From an uncultured Clostridium sp. (GTDB taxonomy: Bacteria > Bacillota > Clostridia > Christensenellales > Pumilibacteraceae), in NCBI GenBank assembly GCA_900555125.1, contig USKH01000001.1, positions 1 to 34,159 of the forward strand: 34,159 bases of DNA. The letters run 5' to 3'. The notes under the pieces were generated by a model. It saw only the letters and a program-made list of their open reading frames with translations, made no database searches and was not told the DNA's origin. A program made the translations under genes and the position numbers. This document shows positions 26,201-33,257 of the stretch, in pieces. Position 1 is the first letter of the stretch. Each line of letters opens with the position of its first letter.

Positions 26201-29100
26201 GCGGCAAAACGATTACCGTTTCCGAAGACGGAACTATAAGCGGAATGAAAACGGGTACTGTCGTGTCCTATGATCCCGTAAGCGGAAAAATCACCTGGAA
26301 AGACAGTAAAAACAAAGAATGTTGTTTCTGGTTTGACATCAAAACGGGCATAATCGCAGGATTATACAACGACAACAAGATAGGCAACGATTATTACCTT
26401 TTCACCTCTTCCGAATATTCTTCCAACGGAAAAGCGGAAGCCGTGTACGGAATTTGGGATCCCGACGCAAAAACATGGGAAGCTCAGTTTGCCCGCGTCA
26501 ACACGAGAAACGGACTTACCGACGTGTTTATTTATAAAAACCATATTTATTCCGACGTTTCTATTACCGACGCGACCGGCAATAAACTGGAAATCGCAGA
26601 CATTAAAAAGTCCAAGACCGTAGTAGTAACCGATCTCGGCAGCGGAGAAGTTCTTATAAGAATAGCCACTACCGCGGAAAACTTCGGTAAAAACAACAAC
26701 TCTTCAAGCAATAAAAAGCTCGATCAATGGGCGGGAACCTATGCGTTCGGCGAAGAAAAAGTCGCTTTGGACGGCACCGGCAATATTGAATGGGGAGAAA
26801 AGAAGGGAACTTACGAAAAAGTCGAAGGACAGGATTACGACTTCGAAGTATACTTCGGCGAAACCGAATATTGGACGCTTACACTGGATGGTAAAAACTG
26901 CGCCATGACCAAACCCATGGCAACGCTGACGTTCGATCTCGGAGGTAAAACCGTTTCCGAAGAGGACGCTGCCAAAGTCACCGGCGGAGAAGTAAACGTG
27001 AAAATAGGCGTTGTTCTTCCCCAACTCGGAAATATAGACGGCTTCGTGTTCCGCGGCTGGTATGCGGATCCGCTGTTTGTGGAAAAAGCAACCGATACGC
27101 TCGTGCCGGAGAAAGACACCGTGTTGTATGCCAAGTGGGTGGAAAAACGCACGCTTACGGTTGTTGTCGACCAAAACAATTCTTATGTTCAGGAATATGC
27201 CGTGGGCGAAAAAACGGTTGTGGAAAACCCCGTTATAAAGGGATTGAAGTTCCTTGGCTGGTACACTACCGCAACGCTTGAAAACGGCACCGAGTGGAAT
27301 GCCGGCAACATGCTTGACGAAAACGTCACCGTATATGCAAAATGGACCGATGCGCCCGCATACAACAATGTATACGTTCCCACCGAACTCAGAAACAGAG
27401 GGAACAATCAAAGCGATCAGTCCAACATTTATACAAGAAACGTCGCCGTTCTCGACGTAAACACCGAAGGCGAAGCGAAATGCACCGCATATCCGTTCAG
27501 AGGAGACGTTACGATCAAAGAAGCGGAAACTTATGCGGATGACGGAGCGGTGGTTATCGCGGTAAACGACGAAGAGCATTACGGTTATGTGGATAAAAAG
27601 ACCGGAATGATCGTTATGACGTTCTATTCGGACGACAAAGCGACGTTGAAGGAAATATTCTTGCTTAATCCGTTTGAAAACAGCAGCCTTAACATATCTT
27701 CGCTGCCGTCGTCTTATTGGTTGGGCGGAGAGGCGAGAGCTATCGAGTATACGTTCGGAGGAAAAACATACACCGTATTTGTCAAGGGCGAAAAAGTTTA
27801 TTTCGACGTTTCCTTCAGAAACGATCAGGGCAAAGCGGTTAAAGCGGACGTAGCGTATAAGTCCGATAGCGTGGTTGTCTGCGCTGCCGACGGCTCGCTT
27901 ATCGCAAAATACGCAAGCGACGGAGAAGAACTGTGCCTTACCGACGGCTTCGAGGGCGAATATAAACTCAACGGAGAAGAAAATCTTTCCTTGACGCTCA
28001 ACGGCGTAAAGAAAATTACTCTTTCCGGAGAGGTCGGAACGTACGAAGTAGTGAACGAAAAAGGTTATAACGTCGAGGCATACATTGCCGGGTCTTACTA
28101 TCGCTTAAACGTAAACAAGACCGCCGCATCCTACACCATGACCAAGCCCATGGCTACCGTTTCCTACAACTTGAACAATGTTGCAATCGAAACTCCGATT
28201 GCCGTTCGCGAAAGCAAGAACTATAACGTTTCGTACAAACTGCCTCAACCCACTTCCCGTTTGTATATTTTCCGGGGCTGGTACGCTCGTAACGACGAAA
28301 GCACTCTCTATCCCGACGAGTACGTTCCGTCCGGCGATATAATGCTTTATGCAAAGTGGGACAAAAAAGTAATTCTCACCGTTGTTTACGGTAACGGACT
28401 GGAAAGCAAACAGTTCGAATACGGCGAAGGAGATACTGCGGCGCCCGAAGAACCCGGATATATCAACGGCAAAGTGTTTAACGGGTGGTTTACCGACGAA
28501 GCTTGCACAAATGCTTACACGCCCGGAAAGATTACCGCAAACACGATAATCTATTGCAAGTGGATAGAAGCCGTTCCTTATTTCGGCGACTACGTGGGCT
28601 ACAACGTCTACGGATCGAGCGGAAACGGCAACGCAAATCTTTCTTCTACGGTTAAGATAAGCGTAGACGCAAAAGGTAAAGCATCGGGCAAATTCAATGC
28701 TCTTATCGTCAAGGACGAAAACGGAAACTACAAACTCGGAACGGGCACGCCTGTTCTGGTTGATGAGAAAAACGGTATAATCGTCACGCCGTACAACATT
28801 AACTATTCTACGATGGGTTCGGACTGGTACGTTTACGTCAAGAACGCCAAGTCGTATACTTTAAATAAGGCTGAAGACTTGTATGTGTGGAACGGCGGCA
28901 GCACCAAATTTATGCGCCTCACCGTAACCAACAACGACAACAGCGTGAAAAACATCAATATCCTTATTCACGACGGAAAGGTTTACGGAAACGTCACCTG
29001 GCAGTGCGAGGGAGTGAACTCAATCGGCAAACTGACCACGTCCGCCATTGCCAAACTGGTTGTGAAAGACAGTAACGGAAAAGTAGTTTTCGGCGCGTAA
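23218..29100 (+). CDS. Lipoprotein (1960 aa): six ~85-aa repeats ending in GH(D/N)Y, then 4 copies of a novel ~250-aa module interleaved with 3 pairs of Listeria-Bacteroides (Flg_new-like) repeats
   Basis: GAAGGAGA at 23202-23209. MKKSRFLILATSALMAFAAFASGC is a signal peptide plus ASGC lipobox. Flg_new-like hallmarks: F(R/L/N)GW(Y/F)....(L/I)YAKW at ~25665-26140, ~26920-27350 and ~28152-28570. Followed by a strong terminator at 29143-29180. Confidence 0.9.
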   Translation: MKKSRFLILATSALMAFAAFASGCKEENVTYGDWVITNFPTATASGTAKRVSTDGKKTEEISIPSVSDASFWTKVSEKAPTHTLPGEAVYECEYGKATLAVKPLGHDYAGVVATITVMPTEQSEGKAVFVCKDGDGQDEVVLPALGAKEYKVEEAGHTTPGTATFDCAFGSVQIELPPTGHTFKGNKYNITLAPTLTEKGKGMHLCDKYNHEEEGEKGFVEVEIPALSDGEVWTENVKKAVAPTHTEQGMRVFTSETYGTVELVVPALGHDYENNHKVETVTMPTLTKPGKAIEYCADYETEEEGKKGTREIVIPVLTDENVWTVEKTTYHTKKGKAVYTSVYGTVEFELEPEGHDYKREHKIEMIVTPTLNETGTAIEYCADYDSENGAEKGKREIVVPALSDKNVWTLTAIAPTHTRDGAYVYTSVYGEVRQTLKATGHNYIYEHKIEVLVSPTLTESGTAIEYCASYDSEEEKGTREIVIPELSNARVWTKTTLAPDYYHGTRDVYTSIYGEAVIEHDDRILLPYENKYYKSVMLNAYGDSAFGSEYARGEVAFDSTWANNAPFYLGADGTGVGSAHPFTVGTKYEFYDYDMQTGRVTLKVLPQSARTVTDEDGNVTTEHYYDESKATIEYAYIDFETGIMIKPAYKDYNYSVIATPYADAIDAEKSVASVWNKAIAMSLCYNDGTEKTLNVFILNGKVYFGATFTDINGESIAANACYGAENLYVKDKNGNLVASFGWNGTDMVELDHLEGEYNGVGKIFISGTGLVKKDGTIVAKYTVIDHNTIGVTAIDGSKYEVYTLDVAAKTYEAKLPTVTVEYDLGGVTLANEDAFAGLTVTEKGYKNATFNQNTVLNTVTPSAEGKVFFGWKTADGKTFTSGTVVSENLVLVADWRDELVLYYLDAEGTKHEIKAAEGVRIGDYLPVLDDRFDKETLKYYQFAGWNIGGNDIPLDTPVAKGAAGKTLEATWKELSAYDGTYNGGEIWNGGYGNGGGKTITVSEDGTISGMKTGTVVSYDPVSGKITWKDSKNKECCFWFDIKTGIIAGLYNDNKIGNDYYLFTSSEYSSNGKAEAVYGIWDPDAKTWEAQFARVNTRNGLTDVFIYKNHIYSDVSITDATGNKLEIADIKKSKTVVVTDLGSGEVLIRIATTAENFGKNNNSSSNKKLDQWAGTYAFGEEKVALDGTGNIEWGEKKGTYEKVEGQDYDFEVYFGETEYWTLTLDGKNCAMTKPMATLTFDLGGKTVSEEDAAKVTGGEVNVKIGVVLPQLGNIDGFVFRGWYADPLFVEKATDTLVPEKDTVLYAKWVEKRTLTVVVDQNNSYVQEYAVGEKTVVENPVIKGLKFLGWYTTATLENGTEWNAGNMLDENVTVYAKWTDAPAYNNVYVPTELRNRGNNQSDQSNIYTRNVAVLDVNTEGEAKCTAYPFRGDVTIKEAETYADDGAVVIAVNDEEHYGYVDKKTGMIVMTFYSDDKATLKEIFLLNPFENSSLNISSLPSSYWLGGEARAIEYTFGGKTYTVFVKGEKVYFDVSFRNDQGKAVKADVAYKSDSVVVCAADGSLIAKYASDGEELCLTDGFEGEYKLNGEENLSLTLNGVKKITLSGEVGTYEVVNEKGYNVEAYIAGSYYRLNVNKTAASYTMTKPMATVSYNLNNVAIETPIAVRESKNYNVSYKLPQPTSRLYIFRGWYARNDESTLYPDEYVPSGDIMLYAKWDKKVILTVVYGNGLESKQFEYGEGDTAAPEEPGYINGKVFNGWFTDEACTNAYTPGKITANTIIYCKWIEAVPYFGDYVGYNVYGSSGNGNANLSSTVKISVDAKGKASGKFNALIVKDENGNYKLGTGTPVLVDEKNGIIVTPYNINYSTMGSDWYVYVKNAKSYTLNKAEDLYVWNGGSTKFMRLTVTNNDNSVKNINILIHDGKVYGNVTWQCEGVNSIGKLTTSAIAKLVVKDSNGKVVFGA
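23317..24783 (+). repeat. Six tandem 75-89-aa coding repeats punctuated by GH(D/T/N)(Y/F)
   Basis: In-frame GGTCA(C/T) (Gly-His) at 23530, 23755, 24022, 24277 and 24535. A near-identical DNA string GCAATCGAATATTGCGCCGATTACGA occurs at ~24091 and ~24346. Confidence 0.85.
24790..29097 (+). repeat. Roughly 1.2-kb coding super-repeat, four copies (last one truncated)
   Basis: The anchor motif (T/N)G(I/M)I(V/I/A) occurs at 25138, 26341, 27598 and 28768. A second anchor, (G)K(V/I)Y..V(S/T)(F/I/W), occurs at 25315, 26537, 27787 and 28971. Spacings are 1170-1257 nt. Confidence 0.7.
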
Positions 29101-29142
29101 ACCGTTAAAACCAAAGTTTGTCATAAAAAAAGACAGCTTAAT

Positions 29143-29180
29143 AAAAAATCCCCTTTCGTTCGCGAAAAGGGGATTTTTGT
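29143..29180. terminator. Bidirectional intrinsic terminator between the 1960-aa gene and tetR
   Basis: AAAAAATCCCCTTTCG-ttcg-CGAAAAGGGGATTTTT. A GC-rich stem (ATCCCC/GGGGAT plus extensions, one bulged A) is flanked by an A-run on the left and a T-run on the right, so it can work for both convergent genes. Confidence 0.8.
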
Positions 29181-29196
29181 TTATTTTTCAAAGTTT

Positions 29197-29793
29197 TTAT
29201 ACCGTGTGCGGCTTAAAAACGAAATCGGTTACAAACGAATAATAATCGCGGCACAACGCCGCCGTTTTTTCTGCGGTCGCGCCCTCGCCGAAAGCTGTTT
29301 CCTTCAAAAAATCAATAGGGCCGTACATTAAAACCGAGGCAAGCTGCTCGTTTGTCAAATCGGTTTTATACGCGTCGGTAATCTTTTTTATGAGATCTTC
29401 GGCTCCTTTTGCGATAAAATGGTTAAAAGCGCGCAAAGCGTAGCCGTTCTCGTCGAAAATCGCGCGGAAAAAAGCCAGTCTGCCGGGAGCAAAACTCTCT
29501 TCCGCATACGAAACGTACAGATTTACGCTGTACGCCCGAACGTCGTCTTTCGCGCCGGAAAGGCGGGTCTTGTCTATACAACGCTGCAAAACCTTGCTTA
29601 AAAAATCCGAGTACAGATTGTTGAGAAGCGCGTATTTATCGGGAAAATGAGAGTAAAAAGTAACGCGACTTATGTCTGCTTTTTCGCATAGTTGCTTTAC
29701 GGTTATCGTTTCAAACGAGCGTTCGGCAACCAAATCCTGCAGCGTCGAGCGAAGCAGCGCGCGCGTTTTTACTATACGTTTATCTTCCGGCAT
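29197..29793 (-). CDS. TetR/AcrR family transcriptional regulator
   Basis: The N-terminal HTH segment FETITVKQLCEKADISRVTFYSHFPDKYALL is typical of TetR_N. Length 198 aa. AAGGAG (minus strand, 29800-29805) lies 6 nt before the ATG. Confidence 0.88.
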   Translation of the reverse strand: MPEDKRIVKTRALLRSTLQDLVAERSFETITVKQLCEKADISRVTFYSHFPDKYALLNNLYSDFLSKVLQRCIDKTRLSGAKDDVRAYSVNLYVSYAEESFAPGRLAFFRAIFDENGYALRAFNHFIAKGAEDLIKKITDAYKTDLTNEQLASVLMYGPIDFLKETAFGEGATAEKTAALCRDYYSFVTDFVFKPHTV

Positions 29794-29805
29794 TTCGGAC
29801 TCCTT

Positions 29806-29838
29806 TTTTTTGTGTTATATATATTCTAACACAAAAAA
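29806..29838 (-). promoter_or_regulatory. Perfect 12-bp inverted repeat (candidate TetR operator) overlapping the putative tetR promoter
   Basis: TTTTTTGTGTTA (29806-29817), 9-nt spacer, TAACACAAAAAA (29827-29838). On the minus strand, GTGACT (29846-29851), a 17-nt spacer and TGtTAGAAT (-10 at 29823-29828) place the -10 element inside the palindrome. Confidence 0.45.
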
Positions 29839-29906
29839 CGAAAAAAGTCACTTATTTTGCGCCGGAATGGTTTGCAAAAAAGAGCAATTGCAAGGAAAAG
29901 GCAAGG

Positions 29907-30416
29907 TTACGACATAAGAGACAGAATAAAACACCCCGCCGTGTATCCCGTAAAATTAGCGATAAGCGCAACCGGAATGGCATAGCGCAGGTTTTTTACT
30001 TTGCATTTGCTGAAATATATGCCCGAAAGATAGAAAACCGTTTCGCTCGAACCGTAAATAATCGAGGCACAGTTGCCGATAAACGAATCCGTGCCGTACA
30101 GGTCGTAAATATCGGAAAGAATTCCCAATGCTCCCGCCCCCGAAAGAGGACGGATAAGAATAAGTTCGCACAGTTCGCACGGCAGTCCGAAAAATCCGAA
30201 CACGGGCGATAAGAACCGTGCCACGGCTGCCGAAACGCCGCTTTCGCGGAACAATTCCACCGCAATCATTACAACGACGAGGTAGGGGAGAACGGTTTTG
30301 ATAAGGTCGGTTGCCTGCGCCGCGCCCTGCACGAACGACGAGTACGGGGAGGCTTTTTTAAATACCGCCACGATGAGAACTGTTAAAAATATAAGCGGAA
30401 CTACGTAGACGGTCAA
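29907..30416 (-). CDS. spmB: Spore maturation protein B-like nucleoside-recognition membrane protein
   Basis: 169 aa and polytopic. Aligns by eye with B. subtilis SpmB (LIRPLSGAGALGILSDIYDLYGTDSFIG versus LIRPISGTAALGMTTDLIAVYGPDSFIG). Its start overlaps the spmA stop by 4 nt. Confidence 0.85.
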   Translation of the reverse strand: MTVYVVPLIFLTVLIVAVFKKASPYSSFVQGAAQATDLIKTVLPYLVVVMIAVELFRESGVSAAVARFLSPVFGFFGLPCELCELILIRPLSGAGALGILSDIYDLYGTDSFIGNCASIIYGSSETVFYLSGIYFSKCKVKNLRYAIPVALIANFTGYTAGCFILSLMS

Positions 30417-31105
30417 AGTTTTTCGCTCCTTAAAATTTTTTCGTTTTTTGCTCGCTCGCTTTTTCGTTTATCCGTTACCGGGACTTTCTCGCTGCGATTG
30501 AAAAGCTTATTATTTGTGCATTTTTCCGCATTTTTCCGTGAAACAAAGCTTTTTTCGATAAAAGAAATAAGTTTTACGAGAGTTATGCCCACGATAGTGG
30601 ATAAAACGGTGGCGCATATACAGGCGGGCAGAAACGAAGCGGGTGAGAGGGATCCCTTTGCCGCGCGCAGACCGATTACGGTGGAAGGAAGCAGTTGAAG
30701 CGACGTACTCGACAGTACCAGCAGCATAATCATGCCGTCGGTTGCCCTGCCGTTTTTGTCGTCCATTTCGCACACCGCGTTTATTCCCATGGGAGTAGCC
30801 GCGTTGCCCAGTCCCAGAAAGTTTGCGGCAATATTGGAAGAGAGGTAGCCTTTTGCCTTGTCGTTTACGCCGGGAAAAAGAAAGTTTACGGGACGGCGCA
30901 GCAGTTTTGTAAGGAAGCCGCTTATTCCCGTCTTCTCCACCAGCTTGAACAAACCCAGCCACAGAGCGTACGAAGCAAGCAAGGTAAGGGCAAGCGTTAC
31001 CGCATTGTTCGCGCCCGAAATCATGGAATTTATCGCACCGTCCGGATTTACTAAAAGCATGGCTATTATGCCGGCTATCATGATAATTGTCCACAAAACG
31101 TTCAT
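30413..31105 (-). CDS. spmA: Spore maturation protein A-like nucleoside-recognition membrane protein, with a ~50-aa basic C-terminal tail
   Basis: The N-terminus MNVLWTIIMIAGIIA..., the NAATPMGINA motif and the position immediately upstream of spmB match the spmAB pair of Bacillota. Confidence 0.82.
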   Translation of the reverse strand: MNVLWTIIMIAGIIAMLLVNPDGAINSMISGANNAVTLALTLLASYALWLGLFKLVEKTGISGFLTKLLRRPVNFLFPGVNDKAKGYLSSNIAANFLGLGNAATPMGINAVCEMDDKNGRATDGMIMLLVLSSTSLQLLPSTVIGLRAAKGSLSPASFLPACICATVLSTIVGITLVKLISFIEKSFVSRKNAEKCTNNKLFNRSEKVPVTDKRKSERAKNEKILRSEKL

Positions 31106-31171
31106 GCTTCTATGTATATGACGGGAAAAAGCCGTATATAAGCGAAAAAAAGTATATTTGTTGCAAAACGA

Positions 31172-31200
31172 TTGATTTTTACGCCGCGTTTTAGTATAAT
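31172..31200 (+). promoter_or_regulatory. Probable metG promoter
   Basis: TTGATT (31172-31177), 17-nt spacer, TATAAT (31195-31200). It lies 60 nt upstream of the metG ATG. Confidence 0.55.
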
Positions 31201-31259
31201 ATTAGTTAAGTGCAGGCGAAAAGCTTATGGTTTGATAAAATCGCTTGCGGGAGGCAATT

Positions 31260-33257
31260 ATGGAAAACGCAAAGACTTTTTACATCACGACGCCTATTTA
31301 TTACCCCAGCGGGAAATGGCATTTAGGGCATAGCTACACCACCGTTTGTTGCGACGCAATCGCTCGTTACAAGCGAATGTGCGGTTTTGACGTTTTCTAT
31401 CTCACGGGTACCGACGAACACGGTCAGAAAATCGAGAAAAAAGCCGAGGAAAAGGGAGTAAGCCCTAAGGCTTACGTTGACGAACGCGTTGCCGATATCA
31501 AAAAGTTGTGGAGTCTTCTGGATATAAGTTACGATAAATTTATTCGTACCACCGACGGCTATCACGAAAAGGCGGTTGCCGGGATTTTTACAAAACTGTA
31601 CGAACAGGGAGATATATACAAGTCTGTTTATAAGGGCAAATACTGCACTCCGTGCGAGTCGTTCTGGACCGAAAGTCAGCTGATAGACGGTAAATGCCCC
31701 GACTGCGGCAGAGAAGTCACCGACGCCGAAGAAGAATGTTATTTCTTCCGTCTGTCCAAGTACCGCGACAGAATAATAGATCTTCTCAAAAACACCGACT
31801 ATCTGCAACCAAAAACGCGCGTAAACGAAATGGTTAATAACTTCTTGAAAGACGGCTTAAACGACCTTGCGGTGTCGCGAACCTCTTTCAAGTGGGGTAT
31901 TCCCGTCGAATTCGACGACAAACACGTCATTTACGTGTGGATAGACGCGCTTTCAAACTATATCACCGCGCTCGGCTACGGCAGCGACGACGACAGCCTT
32001 TACAAAAAGTACTGGCCGGCAGACCTTCACATGGTGGGAAAGGAAATAGTTCGTTTCCACTCCATAATATGGCCGGCAATACTCATGGCGCTCGGTCTGC
32101 CTCTTCCCAAAAAAGTATACGGACACGGTTGGCTGCTTCTGGACGGCGACAAAATGAGTAAGTCCAAAGGCAACGTCGTCGATCCGTATATTCTTGCCGA
32201 CAGATACGGAATAGACGCGATAAGATACTATCTGCTGCGCGAAATACCCTTCGGCAGCGACGGAACGTATTCCAACGAGGCGTTTATTACCCGTATAAAT
32301 CAGGATCTCGTAAACGACCTGGGAAACCTTGCAAAGCGTACGCTTACGATGAACGCCAAGTATTTCGGCGGCAAACTTTCTAAGCCCGCAACCGTAAAAA
32401 CGGAAGACGAGCAGTTTATAGAATCCGTAAACGCGCTTTCCGAAAAGGTGGATAAGTATATTTCCGAAGTGAACGTCACAAAAGCACTCGAAGAGATTTT
32501 CTCGGTGGTGGGAAAAGCCAACAAGTATATCGACGTCAACGCGCCCTGGACGCTGGATAAAAACGGCGAAAAGCAGCGCCTTATGGAAGTAATGTACAAC
32601 CTCACCGAGGCGATAAGAGTTACGGCAACGCTTTTAATGCCCTTCCTTACCGTAGGTCCGAAAAAGATTATCGAAGGACTTAATCTTCCCGTTCCCTCTC
32701 TGTTCGGCGAAAATCTTAAATGGGGAGCGGTAGAAAATTATTCCACCGGCGAAGTGGGCATTCTCTATCCGAGATTGGATTTGGGCAAAGAGCTTGTCGC
32801 GCTTTCGGAAATAGCCGAAAAAGAGAACGGAAAAAACGAAAAGAAAGCGGAAAACGCCGAAAAAAAGCAGACCGCAGATAAAAAACAGGACAAAAAAGAG
32901 GAAAATAAAATGGAAAACGAAAACACCGAAAATCAATATATAACCATCGACGACTTCTGCAAAGTTCAGCTTAAAGTGGGAGAAGTGCTTGCAAGCGAAA
33001 AGGTGGAAAAAAGCAACAAATTGCTTAAAAACACGGTTAAAATAGGCGATCAAACGCGTACCATTTTAAGCGGAATTGCCAAGTTCTACACGCCCGAAGA
33101 AATGGTGGGCAAAAAAGTGGTAGTCGTAACCAACTTAAAGCCGCGCATGATGTGCGGATTCGAGTCCTGCGGCATGATCCTGTGCGCAAGCGAGGGTGAT
33201 AAACTGTCGCTGGTCAGCCCCGAAAAGCTTATCGAAAGCGGCGCCGAAGTATGTTAG
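31260..33257 (+). CDS. metG: Methionine--tRNA ligase with C-terminal tRNA-binding (Trbp111/EMAP-like) domain
   Basis: Start set at ATG 31260 (GGGAGG at 31249-31254) rather than the ORF-track 31245. HIGH-type motif GKWHLGHSYT. Zn knuckle CTPCESF...CPDCG. KMSKS motif DKMSKSKGN. A Lys/Glu linker precedes the C-terminal OB-fold segment KVGEVLASEKVEKSNKLLK...VVVTNLKPRMM. Confidence 0.95.
   Translation: MENAKTFYITTPIYYPSGKWHLGHSYTTVCCDAIARYKRMCGFDVFYLTGTDEHGQKIEKKAEEKGVSPKAYVDERVADIKKLWSLLDISYDKFIRTTDGYHEKAVAGIFTKLYEQGDIYKSVYKGKYCTPCESFWTESQLIDGKCPDCGREVTDAEEECYFFRLSKYRDRIIDLLKNTDYLQPKTRVNEMVNNFLKDGLNDLAVSRTSFKWGIPVEFDDKHVIYVWIDALSNYITALGYGSDDDSLYKKYWPADLHMVGKEIVRFHSIIWPAILMALGLPLPKKVYGHGWLLLDGDKMSKSKGNVVDPYILADRYGIDAIRYYLLREIPFGSDGTYSNEAFITRINQDLVNDLGNLAKRTLTMNAKYFGGKLSKPATVKTEDEQFIESVNALSEKVDKYISEVNVTKALEEIFSVVGKANKYIDVNAPWTLDKNGEKQRLMEVMYNLTEAIRVTATLLMPFLTVGPKKIIEGLNLPVPSLFGENLKWGAVENYSTGEVGILYPRLDLGKELVALSEIAEKENGKNEKKAENAEKKQTADKKQDKKEENKMENENTENQYITIDDFCKVQLKVGEVLASEKVEKSNKLLKNTVKIGDQTRTILSGIAKFYTPEEMVGKKVVVVTNLKPRMMCGFESCGMILCASEGDKLSLVSPEKLIESGAEVC

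Noticed and set aside
5444-27579. Many long minus-strand ORFs overlapping the giant genes: 5444-6586, 6812-7903, 8828-9901, 10244-12961, 14067-14687, 16167-16973, 17220-18710, 18883-20166, 20674-21480, 23350-24777, 25360-25950, 26704-27579.
   Set aside because: All are in exact mirror register with a sense gene that has clear motifs, an RBS and a signal peptide. Their translations are low-complexity and rich in F, V, R, G and C, with no start context. They are explained by avoidance of sense TTA/CTA/TCA codons.
31201-31259. Possible T-box or other riboswitch leader in front of metG.
   Set aside because: Only ~60 nt separate the predicted -10 from the ATG. That is too short for a T-box, and I saw no specifier or T-box sequence. 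Only a modest 8-bp hairpin (GCAGGCGA...TCGCTTGC) is present.
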